Shown here: piece after piece, positions 30,399 to 40,550 of the stretch
How the letters are laid out: each line of letters begins with the position of its first letter
How positions within the stretch are numbered: position 1 is the stretch's first letter
DNA from: an uncultured Chthonomonadaceae bacterium
GTDB lineage: Bacteria > Armatimonadota > Chthonomonadetes > Chthonomonadales > Chthonomonadaceae
Reading direction: 5' to 3'
Assembly: GCA_963835065.1 (NCBI GenBank)
Contig: CAWIEK010000049.1
Coordinates: forward strand, 384,001 to 448,000
Length of the DNA stretch: 64,000 bases
Notes under the pieces: model-generated
The model's database searches: none
What the model saw: only the letters and a program-made list of their open reading frames with translations
Told to the model about the DNA's origin: nothing
Program-made: the position numbers and the translations under genes

Positions 30399-31862
30399 TT
30401 AAACGTACATCGTATTGCTTTTAGATAGATTGCGTACCCATTGCCGTTTGACGTTCGGCGGCTCCGGGTTCACGTCCCGCGCGATTTGCAGTTCCTCGCA
30501 CCGGCAGCCCAAATAGTTCATTTGGAATTCTATGGAAGCGCGAAGCCAGGCGGATGCCGCCACAAAACATTCAGGCGGAACGTCCAGGTGAATCCGCAAA
30601 TGCCCAACCCGTTCCTGAACCGCCCGGTAATTTTGGATGTGACGAGTCGCAGAAGCATCCGGCGGCACAGGCAATTCTATCAATGAGAAATCCGAAGCGA
30701 CAGCCGCCGTTTCAGGATAAACAAAGGCGTGTACCTGATCGGGAAAAACGGCTCGGCGGACGGACGGAGCCTCCAAAGAGGGGAAATAGAGAATATCCTC
30801 CACCCTTCCTAAAACGCGCTTGATAACGCGAAACGCCGACCCGCACGGACACGGCTTATTTTCCATAATCCAGATGTCGCCCAACGCATAACGGAGAATA
30901 GGCTGCGTTGCCCGCCACAAATCGGTGACAATGGGCGTTACATACCGGGGCTGCGCGGCGTCAAGAGGCGAAAACTGCACCCCGACCACATCCTCCTGAA
31001 CGTGCAGCGAACTGCAAGAGCAGGTTACGCCGATCAGCCCCTCCGTTGCCTGATAAATTTCGCCAACCGAACTTCCAAATTCCTCCTGAAACTGCCCGCG
31101 TTCCTCCACGCCCAACACTTCCGCAACGGCAATCACCATTTCAGGAGAAACGTTTCCCTTTCCTTCTGAAATGCCACCTACAGAAGTTCCGCCACTTGAA
31201 AGTTCACCGTTTGAAATGTCTCCGGTGTGACAATTTGCCAGTCGCGCTAAATGCGAGGGCGGCGCGACCAGAATATCCGGCTGGTAGGCCGCAAGCTGCG
31301 CCGCCGCTTCTGCTACGGGCTGCATCAAGTCGAAATAGCGAAATGTTATCAGCCTGCTGCCTACCTGCTCATACAGGTTGCTGTTGGAGCGCAGGAACAG
31401 GGCGACGCGCCACCCCTGCCGCCGAATACGGGGCAGAACCCGCGCCAGCAGCGTTCCCGCCCATGCCGCCTGCTCCTCTGCGCTGACCACGAACAGCCCG
31501 CGATGCCCCGACGTGCCCGAAGATAGCCCGACCGTATAGCCGTTTATGGTGGGCGCGAAATCCCGGCTTTGTTCCGCCCGCAGCGCCACCGCAAGCGCTT
31601 CCTCCCGCCCCACTCCAACCGTGTTGAATGTATCGAAATTCGCCATCATCAACGCTTTATTCACAAGCGGCAAATTCTGCCAATCATTGAGATCGCATCC
31701 CTGCCAATGTTCCCGGTAAAACGGAGAGCGCGACACCGCAACCTGAACCATCGCCCTTGCCCGCCGCGCCTGATACGCTTGCAGACGCGGCCCGCGCAAA
31801 TGCTGAAAATTCCATTTCGCCCGCGCGTAGTGCCGAACGATTTGCAGTTTTGCCACGCTCAC
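30399..31862 (-). CDS. F390 synthetase-like adenylate-forming enzyme
   Basis: VGLSSGTSGHRGLF, FLRSNSNLY, IYQATEG, ILRYALGD. Confidence 0.88.
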   Translation of the reverse strand: MSVAKLQIVRHYARAKWNFQHLRGPRLQAYQARRARAMVQVAVSRSPFYREHWQGCDLNDWQNLPLVNKALMMANFDTFNTVGVGREEALAVALRAEQSRDFAPTINGYTVGLSSGTSGHRGLFVVSAEEQAAWAGTLLARVLPRIRRQGWRVALFLRSNSNLYEQVGSRLITFRYFDLMQPVAEAAAQLAAYQPDILVAPPSHLARLANCHTGDISNGELSSGGTSVGGISEGKGNVSPEMVIAVAEVLGVEERGQFQEEFGSSVGEIYQATEGLIGVTCSCSSLHVQEDVVGVQFSPLDAAQPRYVTPIVTDLWRATQPILRYALGDIWIMENKPCPCGSAFRVIKRVLGRVEDILYFPSLEAPSVRRAVFPDQVHAFVYPETAAVASDFSLIELPVPPDASATRHIQNYRAVQERVGHLRIHLDVPPECFVAASAWLRASIEFQMNYLGCRCEELQIARDVNPEPPNVKRQWVRNLSKSNTMYV

Positions 31863-32950
31863 AATTTGCCCCCAATAAACTCCCGGTACGTTTCCGGGCA
31901 GTGCGTGGGAACAATGATTACGTCAGGATTTTGCAGCGCGAACGCATGCAGCCGCGCAATCGTCGGCGCAATCTCTGCCGCCTGATCCGCAATCAACACC
32001 GTCAGACGCCCCGGCAATACGCCCATCCGCGCCGAATCCCGATGCATACAACTGTCAGCGACGAATAAGTAGGTTGATAGTTGATAGTTGATAGTTGATA
32101 GCGCAGCCATTGCTTCTGTCTTCTGTCTTCTTTCTTCTGTCTTCTCTCCTTCTGTTCCCTTTTCCCTTTTCCCTTCTTCCTCGACTGTTGCCAGCAATCC
32201 CAATTGGCCGCGCGCGTGGCCGGGAAGGGGGAACAGGCGCAGGGAACCGTCCTGAAACAGATCATGCGTGGCTCCTAACGGGCCGAGCGGCGCATCCTTA
32301 AAGTCGTCAACGAACAGGGCGCGTTCGGCGAAATCAGGCGGGAACAGGGCAGGAAGCAGGGCGCGGCGTACCGCTTGAAAGCCCCGGCGCGATTGGGCAT
32401 CTGTCCAGGCGCTCCGGGAAACGACAAGTCGCGCGTTGGGAAAGTCGCGCAGTCCGGCAGCGTGATCGCCGTGCAGGTGTGAAAGAATCACGTATTTGAT
32501 GTCGTCGGGCTTCAAGCCGAAGCGCGGCAACTGCGCCGCAATCGCCAGTTCCGGCTGAATGTGGAGGGGCGTCACCCATCGGTAAAAACGCCAGGGGAAG
32601 GAATGGGTTGCGGCCACAATGCGGGGCGCGTAGCCGGTGTCCCATAGTATCCAGCCGTGCCGGGGATGCTGCATCAGGGCAACAAGGCAATGGCAGTGGA
32701 TCGGCTTCCAGGGCAGGCCGCGTTTCAGCGCCGCCGCCAAAGTGTGACAATAGCCGGTATCCAGAATATGGCATTGCAGCAATTCAGTGGCGTTTACGCT
32801 CTCATCTACAGCAGACGCTTTGCTTTCATCTCTTAAAGACGCTTCGCTCTCGCCTTCCGAAGCCGCTTTCATTATTATCGCAAATCCGTCTGCCGCGCCG
32901 ACTTCCTCTGCCGCGTCTGCTTTCCCGGTTCCATCAACACGGCTTGTCAT
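31859..32950 (-). CDS. Metallo-beta-lactamase fold hydrolase
   Basis: SHLHGDHAAGL, LPGHARGQ, PTHCPE; contains a repeat-derived insert. Confidence 0.88.
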   Translation of the reverse strand: MTSRVDGTGKADAAEEVGAADGFAIIMKAASEGESEASLRDESKASAVDESVNATELLQCHILDTGYCHTLAAALKRGLPWKPIHCHCLVALMQHPRHGWILWDTGYAPRIVAATHSFPWRFYRWVTPLHIQPELAIAAQLPRFGLKPDDIKYVILSHLHGDHAAGLRDFPNARLVVSRSAWTDAQSRRGFQAVRRALLPALFPPDFAERALFVDDFKDAPLGPLGATHDLFQDGSLRLFPLPGHARGQLGLLATVEEEGKREKGTEGEKTEERRQKTEAMAALSTINYQLSTYLFVADSCMHRDSARMGVLPGRLTVLIADQAAEIAPTIARLHAFALQNPDVIIVPTHCPETYREFIGGKL

Positions 32951-33954
32951 GCTTCCGCCCATTCCTTCCACCAGGGCAATTGCACAATTGCCGCAAAGGT
33001 CATATCCGCGTAAGTTCTTCCATCCGGCAGAAAATGCGCGTTGTCAAGGTAGCTGTACGCGCCGTAATGCCCGTGCGGCCCGATCTCGTACACAGCCATG
33101 CGGCCTTCTTTCAAGGCGCGGGCGCAGGTTGACATTGACAGCCGGCGCCCCGGAAACAGCCATGCGCCCACTTTGCTCCAGCCGTCCTTTTCCCCGGTTA
33201 ATTGCGCAAAGCGAACGACGGCCTTGAAACCTTGCGGCGAGCCGAACGCGCCTCCCAACGCCACAACGTAAATCGGTTCATAGCCCTGTTCGCGCAGCGC
33301 GGGGGCGCAGGCAAGCGCCACTTGTGCCCCCGCGCTGCCGCAAACAAACAGCACAGGACTGCCCGACGGAACGCCCGCCAACCGCAAACGCTCAACAGCA
33401 ATCCGCGCCACATCCTTGCCATACGACCCTTCGCAAACCGCAGCAAGGGCAAACTGCCAGAAGTTGTGCAAGCCCCAAACCCAAAGCGGCGGGCGCGTCC
33501 ATCCCATCAGCCGCCATATATCCGCCCTGCGAAACCGCCTGTCCGTTTCCCCATTTACGGGCAGGTTCCCCTTCACAACCACACTGCCCGGACATTCCGC
33601 CGCCAGTCGCTCGACAAACGCCTGCTGTTCCGGCAGCCACTCGGAGTCGCCATAATCACTCACGCCCGAAAGCCACACAATCGCTCTGCGCAAAGTTTCC
33701 TTGCCGGCATACGGCAATGTAACTGCCCCGGCAGTTCCTGCGTCTATGGGACAATTGGCCGAAGGCCTAGCTAACCGGGTTTTTATAACCCGGTTTTCGC
33801 CTACGGTCTTGCGCCCATACGCGACATTTGTAGACGGACGCCGCCATAATCGCCACCAATGCAGCGTTTCGCCAAGCGTCAGCAGCAGGCCACCAACCGC
33901 CAATCCGCCGCCCGCCATTGCCGCCCACTTTAACAAGCGTTTCCAGCGTTTCAT
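32947..33954 (-). CDS. Membrane-anchored alpha/beta-hydrolase-like protein
   Basis: ATGA-coupled start MKRWKRLL; TM helix; CGSAG elbow, GEKD, GHYG candidate triad. Confidence 0.6.
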   Translation of the reverse strand: MKRWKRLLKWAAMAGGGLAVGGLLLTLGETLHWWRLWRRPSTNVAYGRKTVGENRVIKTRLARPSANCPIDAGTAGAVTLPYAGKETLRRAIVWLSGVSDYGDSEWLPEQQAFVERLAAECPGSVVVKGNLPVNGETDRRFRRADIWRLMGWTRPPLWVWGLHNFWQFALAAVCEGSYGKDVARIAVERLRLAGVPSGSPVLFVCGSAGAQVALACAPALREQGYEPIYVVALGGAFGSPQGFKAVVRFAQLTGEKDGWSKVGAWLFPGRRLSMSTCARALKEGRMAVYEIGPHGHYGAYSYLDNAHFLPDGRTYADMTFAAIVQLPWWKEWAEA

Positions 33955-35210
33955 GGCTGCGGCTTTTCCGTCCGGCGGCGCACAAAGCGGAACGTGCCGC
34001 CCGGTTCGATCTGCATCACATGCCCGCGCCAAACAATACGCTGCGGCGACAGCAGCGCGACAAGCAATTGCAGGGGCAATAGCATCTGAATGACGGGAAC
34101 CCACCACGAAAAGCGCCAGGGCGTGGAATGACGCAGATAGGACATATTGAAATGCGCGAAAATCAGGTAACTGTAGCCAAGATAAACGCCTTCCACGCCC
34201 CACATCCAGGCGCGGGGATGCGCCAGAGTCAGGATGAGCCACAGCAAGGGAAACAACGCGGCAGCCAGTCCCACGCCGAACGCGACCAGGCGCTCACGAA
34301 ACGGCAGCGCCTTCATAATGGTTTCACGCGGAAAGATGAACCAGCGCTGTATCAGGCTCATGTAATGACGCATGTCCTTTACGTCTGTAGCGATGCCGTG
34401 CAGAACCGGCGTTTGCGCCAACTTCCACCCGGCCTGCCGAAATCGCTGCGCAACCGCAAAATCATCCATCAGGCTTGTTTCCAGCCCGTCGAAACCGCCC
34501 ACTTTATTCAGCGTGTCGCGCTGAACCACGTAAAACATGCCGTTGATAGTGAAGGGTTCCATCAGGTAGGTGTACGGAATGTAGGTGAGCAGGCTGTGAC
34601 TGTTGACAAAGCAGGCGACAAGGCGCGACCAGATGTTGCCGAAGCAAACGTAACACGGCAGCCCAAACGCAAGGCCAACGCCCGGTTCCCGCAGATACTC
34701 CAGGCACACTTCCAATGCGTCATCGGGCAGCATGGTGTCATCATCCAGTACACAGATAACATCCCCGCTCGCCTGTTTCGCTCCTTCAATCAGCTTCACC
34801 ATTTTCGGACTGTGCCGGTCTTCGGGAGGAGGCAATAGAACGATACGAATGTTCCTGTCAGCATATTCCGTTTCCAATGCCGCGCAAATCCGCCGCCCTT
34901 CCCCGTCCTCCGCATCCAACAGCCACACATACTCCAATTCATGCGCCGACTGTATCTCTAAATTGTGCTTCAGGCAAGTCGGCAATGTCACATCGCCGCT
35001 CAGAATGGGCTGAAGGATGGAGATTTTCGATTGACGATTTTCGATTGCCGATTGCCGATTGTGGATTACACTTTCCTGCTCTGTCTTCTGTCTTCTGTCT
35101 TCTGTCTTCTTCGAGAAAAAGTGAACGACGCAGGCGTGTTTCCAAACGCGCTCTATCAGCGCCAGGGCTGCCAACGCCAGCAGGAATATGTTCAGAAAAG
35201 AGGAGGGCAT
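33951..35210 (-). CDS. GT2/GT21 ceramide glucosyltransferase (HpnI-like)
   Basis: SILQPILSGD, SPKMVKL, LDDDT, DDF, QRW. Confidence 0.85.
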   Translation of the reverse strand: MPSSFLNIFLLALAALALIERVWKHACVVHFFSKKTEDRRQKTEQESVIHNRQSAIENRQSKISILQPILSGDVTLPTCLKHNLEIQSAHELEYVWLLDAEDGEGRRICAALETEYADRNIRIVLLPPPEDRHSPKMVKLIEGAKQASGDVICVLDDDTMLPDDALEVCLEYLREPGVGLAFGLPCYVCFGNIWSRLVACFVNSHSLLTYIPYTYLMEPFTINGMFYVVQRDTLNKVGGFDGLETSLMDDFAVAQRFRQAGWKLAQTPVLHGIATDVKDMRHYMSLIQRWFIFPRETIMKALPFRERLVAFGVGLAAALFPLLWLILTLAHPRAWMWGVEGVYLGYSYLIFAHFNMSYLRHSTPWRFSWWVPVIQMLLPLQLLVALLSPQRIVWRGHVMQIEPGGTFRFVRRRTEKPQP

Positions 35211-36448
35211 CAGGGCAGTACCTCATACGTGCCGTCCTTGAACACGCGAATATGCTGCCCGCGCCAACCCACTTTGCTGCCGGCAAGCATCGTTAAAAGC
35301 GCCTGCCAGGGCGTTGCCAGAATCACCCACAGCAGCAGGGGCCAGCGATGCAGCGGAGGACGCCGCGACAGGAAGCGTGACGCGCAAACGCCCGCCATGA
35401 CCGCAGCGACAATCAGCGCGGCGGACAAACACAACAGCGTTTCCAACGAATGAACCCTCAGCATGAGCAGCAGCAAACAGGCCGGGAACAGGTTCGCCAG
35501 GCTGAATAGGGACGATACCAGGCGTTCATACCCGCTTGTCATCGGCCACAACATGCGCCCCGTAAACACGAACCAGCGGTGTATTTGCCGATGAAACGCC
35601 GCTATCGTGGGCAGGTCGTTGTTGACATCATAAATGGCAGGCGTCTGCACAAGCCGCAAGCCCAGTGACCGAACGCGGCGAGCGATTTCATGGTCGTCAT
35701 TCAGCAAGCCTTCCATGTTATCAAGCCCGCCCGAACGCGCGAACACGTCCCGGCGCAATCCGAAGAAATGCCCTGTTAGAGTGTAGGGATCGCATACATA
35801 CGTCAGGGGAATGTAGCTCGGCAGGGCGTTGGCATTAACAAACCAGCTCATCAGGCTCGATCCGATGTTGTCCCAATTTGTATAGCAGGGCAGGCCGAAC
35901 ACGCCCCCCGCGCTCCTTACATGCAGATGCCGTACAAAGGCAGTCAGATTGTCGGGGCGCGGCGCAATATCGTCGTCTATGAAGCACAAAATGTCACCCG
36001 CCGCCTGCGCCGCGCCCGCCTGCATCTTTGCCACCTTGCTCGCCGGATTTGCGGCAATGGAAGCGTGTGGCGGCGTGTCATGGCCTTGCGTTTCCGGCTC
36101 ACCCGCTTGTGCCGGAATGATTTGCGCGTCCAAATTAGGCCACGCTTCCCGCCAGGCGCGGCAAACCGCCTGCGTTTCCTCATCCCAAGCATCGCACACC
36201 AGCAGATGCTGCACCCTGCCCGGATAATTCAGCAGGGCGCGGGCAGTCAAGTTATGCGCCAGCCCGCTTGCGCCCCGTGTTATGGGTTGTATCAGAGACA
36301 CGCGGGGCCATGCTTCCGGCGCTTGCGGCTCCGCGCGCCGGAAAAAGCGCCAGATACAGACTAGTTTCCAGCCCCTGTCCAGCGTGAACAGCGTCAGCAG
36401 TATTTGCGCGGCAACATTGCCTGTTAAATTATTCGTCAAAAAGAACAT
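35210..36448 (-). CDS. GT2/GT21 ceramide glucosyltransferase (HpnI-like), paralog
   Basis: VSLIQPI, SKVAKM, IDDDI, DDHEI, QIHRW. Confidence 0.85.
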   Translation of the reverse strand: MFFLTNNLTGNVAAQILLTLFTLDRGWKLVCIWRFFRRAEPQAPEAWPRVSLIQPITRGASGLAHNLTARALLNYPGRVQHLLVCDAWDEETQAVCRAWREAWPNLDAQIIPAQAGEPETQGHDTPPHASIAANPASKVAKMQAGAAQAAGDILCFIDDDIAPRPDNLTAFVRHLHVRSAGGVFGLPCYTNWDNIGSSLMSWFVNANALPSYIPLTYVCDPYTLTGHFFGLRRDVFARSGGLDNMEGLLNDDHEIARRVRSLGLRLVQTPAIYDVNNDLPTIAAFHRQIHRWFVFTGRMLWPMTSGYERLVSSLFSLANLFPACLLLLMLRVHSLETLLCLSAALIVAAVMAGVCASRFLSRRPPLHRWPLLLWVILATPWQALLTMLAGSKVGWRGQHIRVFKDGTYEVLP

Positions 36449-36645
36449 GGCGTGAACTGATTATAACAATGCTTGAACAGATTATAACAATTTACTCCCT
36501 GCGTGTCAACTGTCGTTCTTCCTAATTACCTACAAAGATTACGGGACATTCTGCCATAATTCTTAACAGCGCTTCTTATCATTCGACGCGAATGTTTCCT
36601 GAGCGCCTGCCATCATTCTTAGGACACCTAATCTGGAGAAAATGT

Positions 36646-38058
36646 ATGTTTGACGGAGAAGCAGAGGATGGGACGGCTTCGCAGATCGTTTACTCGCTGG
36701 CAGGAATCCTGTCCGCGTTGAGCCATGCGCTGGATTTGACGAGCGGCCATTCCATCGGCCATGCGCAGCGTACATGCCTGATCGGAATGCGGATTGCCCG
36801 CGTCAGTGGTTTGGACAGCGATTTGCAACATTCTTTGTACCATGCGCTGTTGATGAAGGATGCGGGCTGTTCCAGTAATGCCGCGCGCATGTACGAGATT
36901 TTCGGCACGGACGATATTGCGCTCAAGCAGCAGGCGCGTATTACCGACTGGTCGAACCTGATGGAAGCGACAAAGTATGCCGCAGCCAACGTCCTGCCGC
37001 ATGGCCCACTGCTCGAACGCGCCCGCCGTATCCTCAAAATCGCTGTCAATCCCACCGGAACAACGACGGCGTTTTCTCATTCCCGGTGTGACCGAGGCGC
37101 ACAGATCGCGCTGGCGATTGGGTTAGGCGAAGACGCCGCGCTTTGTATCCGGCAGTTGGAAGAGCATTGGGACGGGCACGGCGCTCCCCTGCATTTGAAG
37201 GGTGACGCCATTTCCCTGCTCGCCCGAATTGCGACACTTTCGCAAACGCTGGAAGTGTTTGCCACCACCTTCGATGTACAAACAGCGTATGACGTGCTGC
37301 ACAAGCGAGCAGGGAAATGGTTCGATCCCGAACTGGTACGCGCCGCCGATTCCTTTGCTAAGGACGCTTTTTTCTGGCATGCCGTGCAGACCGATCCGCG
37401 CCACGCCCTGCTCACGATGGAATCGCGGGCGGCTGTCGAAGTCGCTACGGAGCAGCGCATTGACGCTATTTGTGACGCCTTCGCTCAGATCATTGACGCC
37501 AAATCGCCGTTCACGGCGGAACACTCTTCCCGTGTCCGTGATTTCAGCGTGGAAATGGCGCAGGCGATGGGGTTTGCGCCCGCCCGCCTGACTGTTTTAC
37601 GCCGCGCCGCCCTGCTGCACGATGTGGGCAAACTGGGCGTGTCCAACGCCATCCTCGACAAGCCCGGCAAGCCGGATAACGACGAATGGGCCGCAATCCG
37701 CAAGCATCCGCAGTTCACGCAGCAAATTCTCAGCCACATTCACGGTTTTTCGCGCCTGACCGAGATTGCCGCCGCGCACCACGAGCGTTTGGACGGCAAA
37801 GGCTATTTTCGCGGATTGGGCGCGGAACATCTTGATTTGGACATGCGTATCCTCGCGGTTGCCGACGTATTCGACGCGCTTTCCGCCCAGCGGCCTTACC
37901 GCGACGCCCTGCCCCTGCCGCAAGTTTTCGCCATTCTGGACAAGGACGCGGGCACGGCATTGGATGCGGAATGTATCGGCACTCTGAAGGAAATCTACCG
38001 AGACGGCGATCTGCGCGCTCCCGCGCGCGTTGCGCCGCCACTTGTATTCGCGGCCTAA
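36646..38058 (+). CDS. Tandem HD / HD-GYP domain phosphodiesterase
   Basis: HSSRV, LLHDVGKLG, HHERLDGKGY, VADVFDAL...RPYR. Confidence 0.9.
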   Translation: MFDGEAEDGTASQIVYSLAGILSALSHALDLTSGHSIGHAQRTCLIGMRIARVSGLDSDLQHSLYHALLMKDAGCSSNAARMYEIFGTDDIALKQQARITDWSNLMEATKYAAANVLPHGPLLERARRILKIAVNPTGTTTAFSHSRCDRGAQIALAIGLGEDAALCIRQLEEHWDGHGAPLHLKGDAISLLARIATLSQTLEVFATTFDVQTAYDVLHKRAGKWFDPELVRAADSFAKDAFFWHAVQTDPRHALLTMESRAAVEVATEQRIDAICDAFAQIIDAKSPFTAEHSSRVRDFSVEMAQAMGFAPARLTVLRRAALLHDVGKLGVSNAILDKPGKPDNDEWAAIRKHPQFTQQILSHIHGFSRLTEIAAAHHERLDGKGYFRGLGAEHLDLDMRILAVADVFDALSAQRPYRDALPLPQVFAILDKDAGTALDAECIGTLKEIYRDGDLRAPARVAPPLVFAA

Positions 38059-38195
38059 ACTCACTTCATACCAGTACCGAAAACTCGCGCTATGTCATAG
38101 CGCGAGTTTTTCGCTTTATGTGCCGCAATTGGAAGGATATACGCCCCTGTTTATGGAACAGGAACGGCAGCACGGAACAGGAGCAAAGAACTATT

Positions 38196-40529
38196 ATGCG
38201 CGTCTGGTTAGGATGGGGAGCGGTTTTGCTGATGACACTGCTGACGGCGACGGGACGAACACAAGCGCGACAGGAATATACGCGGGATTATGCCGGGGGG
38301 CAATTGCGCGTTCGGCTGGTCACGCCGGAAACCGTTCGCGTATTGTTCGCGCCGAAGGGCGCGAACGAGAATTTTCCGCGCGTTCCGCTTGTTCTGCCGC
38401 AGCCGAAGATGAAGGACGGCTTTACGGCGAAGGAACATGACGATTATACGGAATTGCTGTCCGCCAAACTTAAGGTGTATGTACATTATGACAAGCCCCG
38501 CGTGGATTTTTATACGCGCAACGGCGTTCCTATCAGCATAGATGGGGAGGGTATCGGCAATGTAGGCGGGCAGCAGCAGGATCAGCGCGTCATAAATGTG
38601 GATGAGGAATTTTTCGGGTTCGGGTTGCAGTTCCACAGCATGGCGCAGCGGGGCAAAACCAAAACCCTCAAAGTCAATGCCGATCCGAGTACCGATCTGG
38701 GCAATTCCCATGCCGTTGTGCCGTTTTTCCTCAGCACGGCTGGCTACGGCATCTATCTCGACAGCCACGCTTACACCTATTTCGATATGGGCAAGGCCAA
38801 CCCGGACCGGCTTTCCTTCCAAACTCCCGACCCCGTTCTGGATTATTATTTCTGCTACGGTCCTTCCTTCCATGACCTGCTTTCCCGCTATACGCAGTTG
38901 ACCGGGCGCATGCCCATGCCGCCCAAATGGGGATTGGGCTTCTGGTATCGCATGAAATCGGATTGGAAGCAGGACAAGGCCGAAGAAGTGGCCCGCGCCT
39001 TTCGTTCGCATGACATACCCTGCGACGTGATCGGCCTGGAACCCGCCTGGCAGACACACGCGTATTCCTGCTCCTACCTGTGGAACAAAAACCAGTTTCC
39101 CGACCCCGCCGCCTTTGTGCATACCATGCGCGACCAGCATTTCCACGTCAATCTATGGGAACATGCGTATGTCCATCCCACTTCACCCATCCACGACCCG
39201 CTGCAGCAGGCGAAAGCCGTCGGAGATAAACTCGTTTGGGGCGGCCTGGTTCCCGATTTTACGCGACCCGAAGCCCGAACGCTGTTTGCCGATTTGCACC
39301 AGAAAGAACACATTGACCTGGGCGTGGACGGCTACAAATTGGATGAGTGCGACGGTTCCGATTTCACGGGCGGCTGGTTTTTTCCCGATGATACGCAGTT
39401 TCCGTCCGGCATGACGGGCGCGCAAATGCACAATGTCTTCGGCCTGCTGTACCAGAAAACGTTCCATGAGATTTTCGACAAACAAAACAAGCGCAGTTAC
39501 TTTCTTGTCCGGGGAATGTTCGCGGGCGGGCAAGGGTATCCAAGCGTGATTTACAGCGATTGGTACGGTTTCAAGGAGTACGTGCGGGCGTGTGCCAATT
39601 CCGGTTTCAGCGGCGTTTTGTGGTGCCCCGAAATCCGGCAGACGGCCAGCAGCGAAGAGTTCATCCGGCGTTTCCAGACCGTGTTTTTCAGCCCGCTTGC
39701 CATGATCAACGCCTGGGCGGACGGGGTGACGCCCTGGGAAAAAGGGCCGGAAGTGGAGCGCATTTTCCGCCAGTACGCGGATTTACGGATGCGACTAACG
39801 CCCTACCTGTACAGCGCGTTTCGGCGCATGAACGAGACGGGCCTGCCGGTCGTGCGCGCCCTGGTCATGGACGCGCCGCAGGATCGGAACACGTACAGCA
39901 TTGACGACGAGTTTTTGTACGGCGATGCGTTTCTGGTCGCGCCCGTGTTGAGCGGCAGCGAACGCGGCATCTATCTGCCCATCGGCACGTGGATAGATTG
40001 GGCAACGGGCGAAACCTTCGTCGGCGGGCAGACGATGATGTACAAAGCGCCGCTGGAGCGCCTGCCCCTGTTCGTTCGCGCCGGGAGCATGATTCCCATG
40101 CAGCCGCGTATGCGCTATGCGAATGAAGTTCCCGTAGAAACCCTGACACTGCGCGTATTTCCCGGCAATGTGTTTGAAACCCACCATACGACGCTGTACG
40201 AAGACGACGGCGAAACCCTGGACTACCAGAAAGGTAAGGGCGTCAGTATCGGCCTGTCGTCCATCGCCACGCCAACAGACATTACGCTGCGCGCTGATGC
40301 GCCCAAAGGTGAGTACAAGCCGACATGGAAAACCTTCGCCTGGGAAGTGATGGGCATTACGGCGGAACCCAAGCGCGTCCTGATCGGCAACATTCCCTTA
40401 GAGCGGCTTGCCAGCCCCACACCGGAGGCCATCCATGACGCAAGCGGATATTCTTACGACGCGAACGCGCATATCCTGCGCATCTACGCGCCCTACGGCA
40501 AAGCGCAAATCATTCGCGTATTCAAGTAA
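38196..40529 (+). CDS. GH31 family glycoside hydrolase (alpha-xylosidase/glucosidase-like), secreted
   Basis: YTQLTGRMPMPPKWGLG, GVDGYKLDECD, LPLFVRAGS, LYEDDGET. Confidence 0.9.
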   Translation: MRVWLGWGAVLLMTLLTATGRTQARQEYTRDYAGGQLRVRLVTPETVRVLFAPKGANENFPRVPLVLPQPKMKDGFTAKEHDDYTELLSAKLKVYVHYDKPRVDFYTRNGVPISIDGEGIGNVGGQQQDQRVINVDEEFFGFGLQFHSMAQRGKTKTLKVNADPSTDLGNSHAVVPFFLSTAGYGIYLDSHAYTYFDMGKANPDRLSFQTPDPVLDYYFCYGPSFHDLLSRYTQLTGRMPMPPKWGLGFWYRMKSDWKQDKAEEVARAFRSHDIPCDVIGLEPAWQTHAYSCSYLWNKNQFPDPAAFVHTMRDQHFHVNLWEHAYVHPTSPIHDPLQQAKAVGDKLVWGGLVPDFTRPEARTLFADLHQKEHIDLGVDGYKLDECDGSDFTGGWFFPDDTQFPSGMTGAQMHNVFGLLYQKTFHEIFDKQNKRSYFLVRGMFAGGQGYPSVIYSDWYGFKEYVRACANSGFSGVLWCPEIRQTASSEEFIRRFQTVFFSPLAMINAWADGVTPWEKGPEVERIFRQYADLRMRLTPYLYSAFRRMNETGLPVVRALVMDAPQDRNTYSIDDEFLYGDAFLVAPVLSGSERGIYLPIGTWIDWATGETFVGGQTMMYKAPLERLPLFVRAGSMIPMQPRMRYANEVPVETLTLRVFPGNVFETHHTTLYEDDGETLDYQKGKGVSIGLSSIATPTDITLRADAPKGEYKPTWKTFAWEVMGITAEPKRVLIGNIPLERLASPTPEAIHDASGYSYDANAHILRIYAPYGKAQIIRVFK

Positions 40530-40550
40530 GAAGGTATTCAGCAACTAAAA

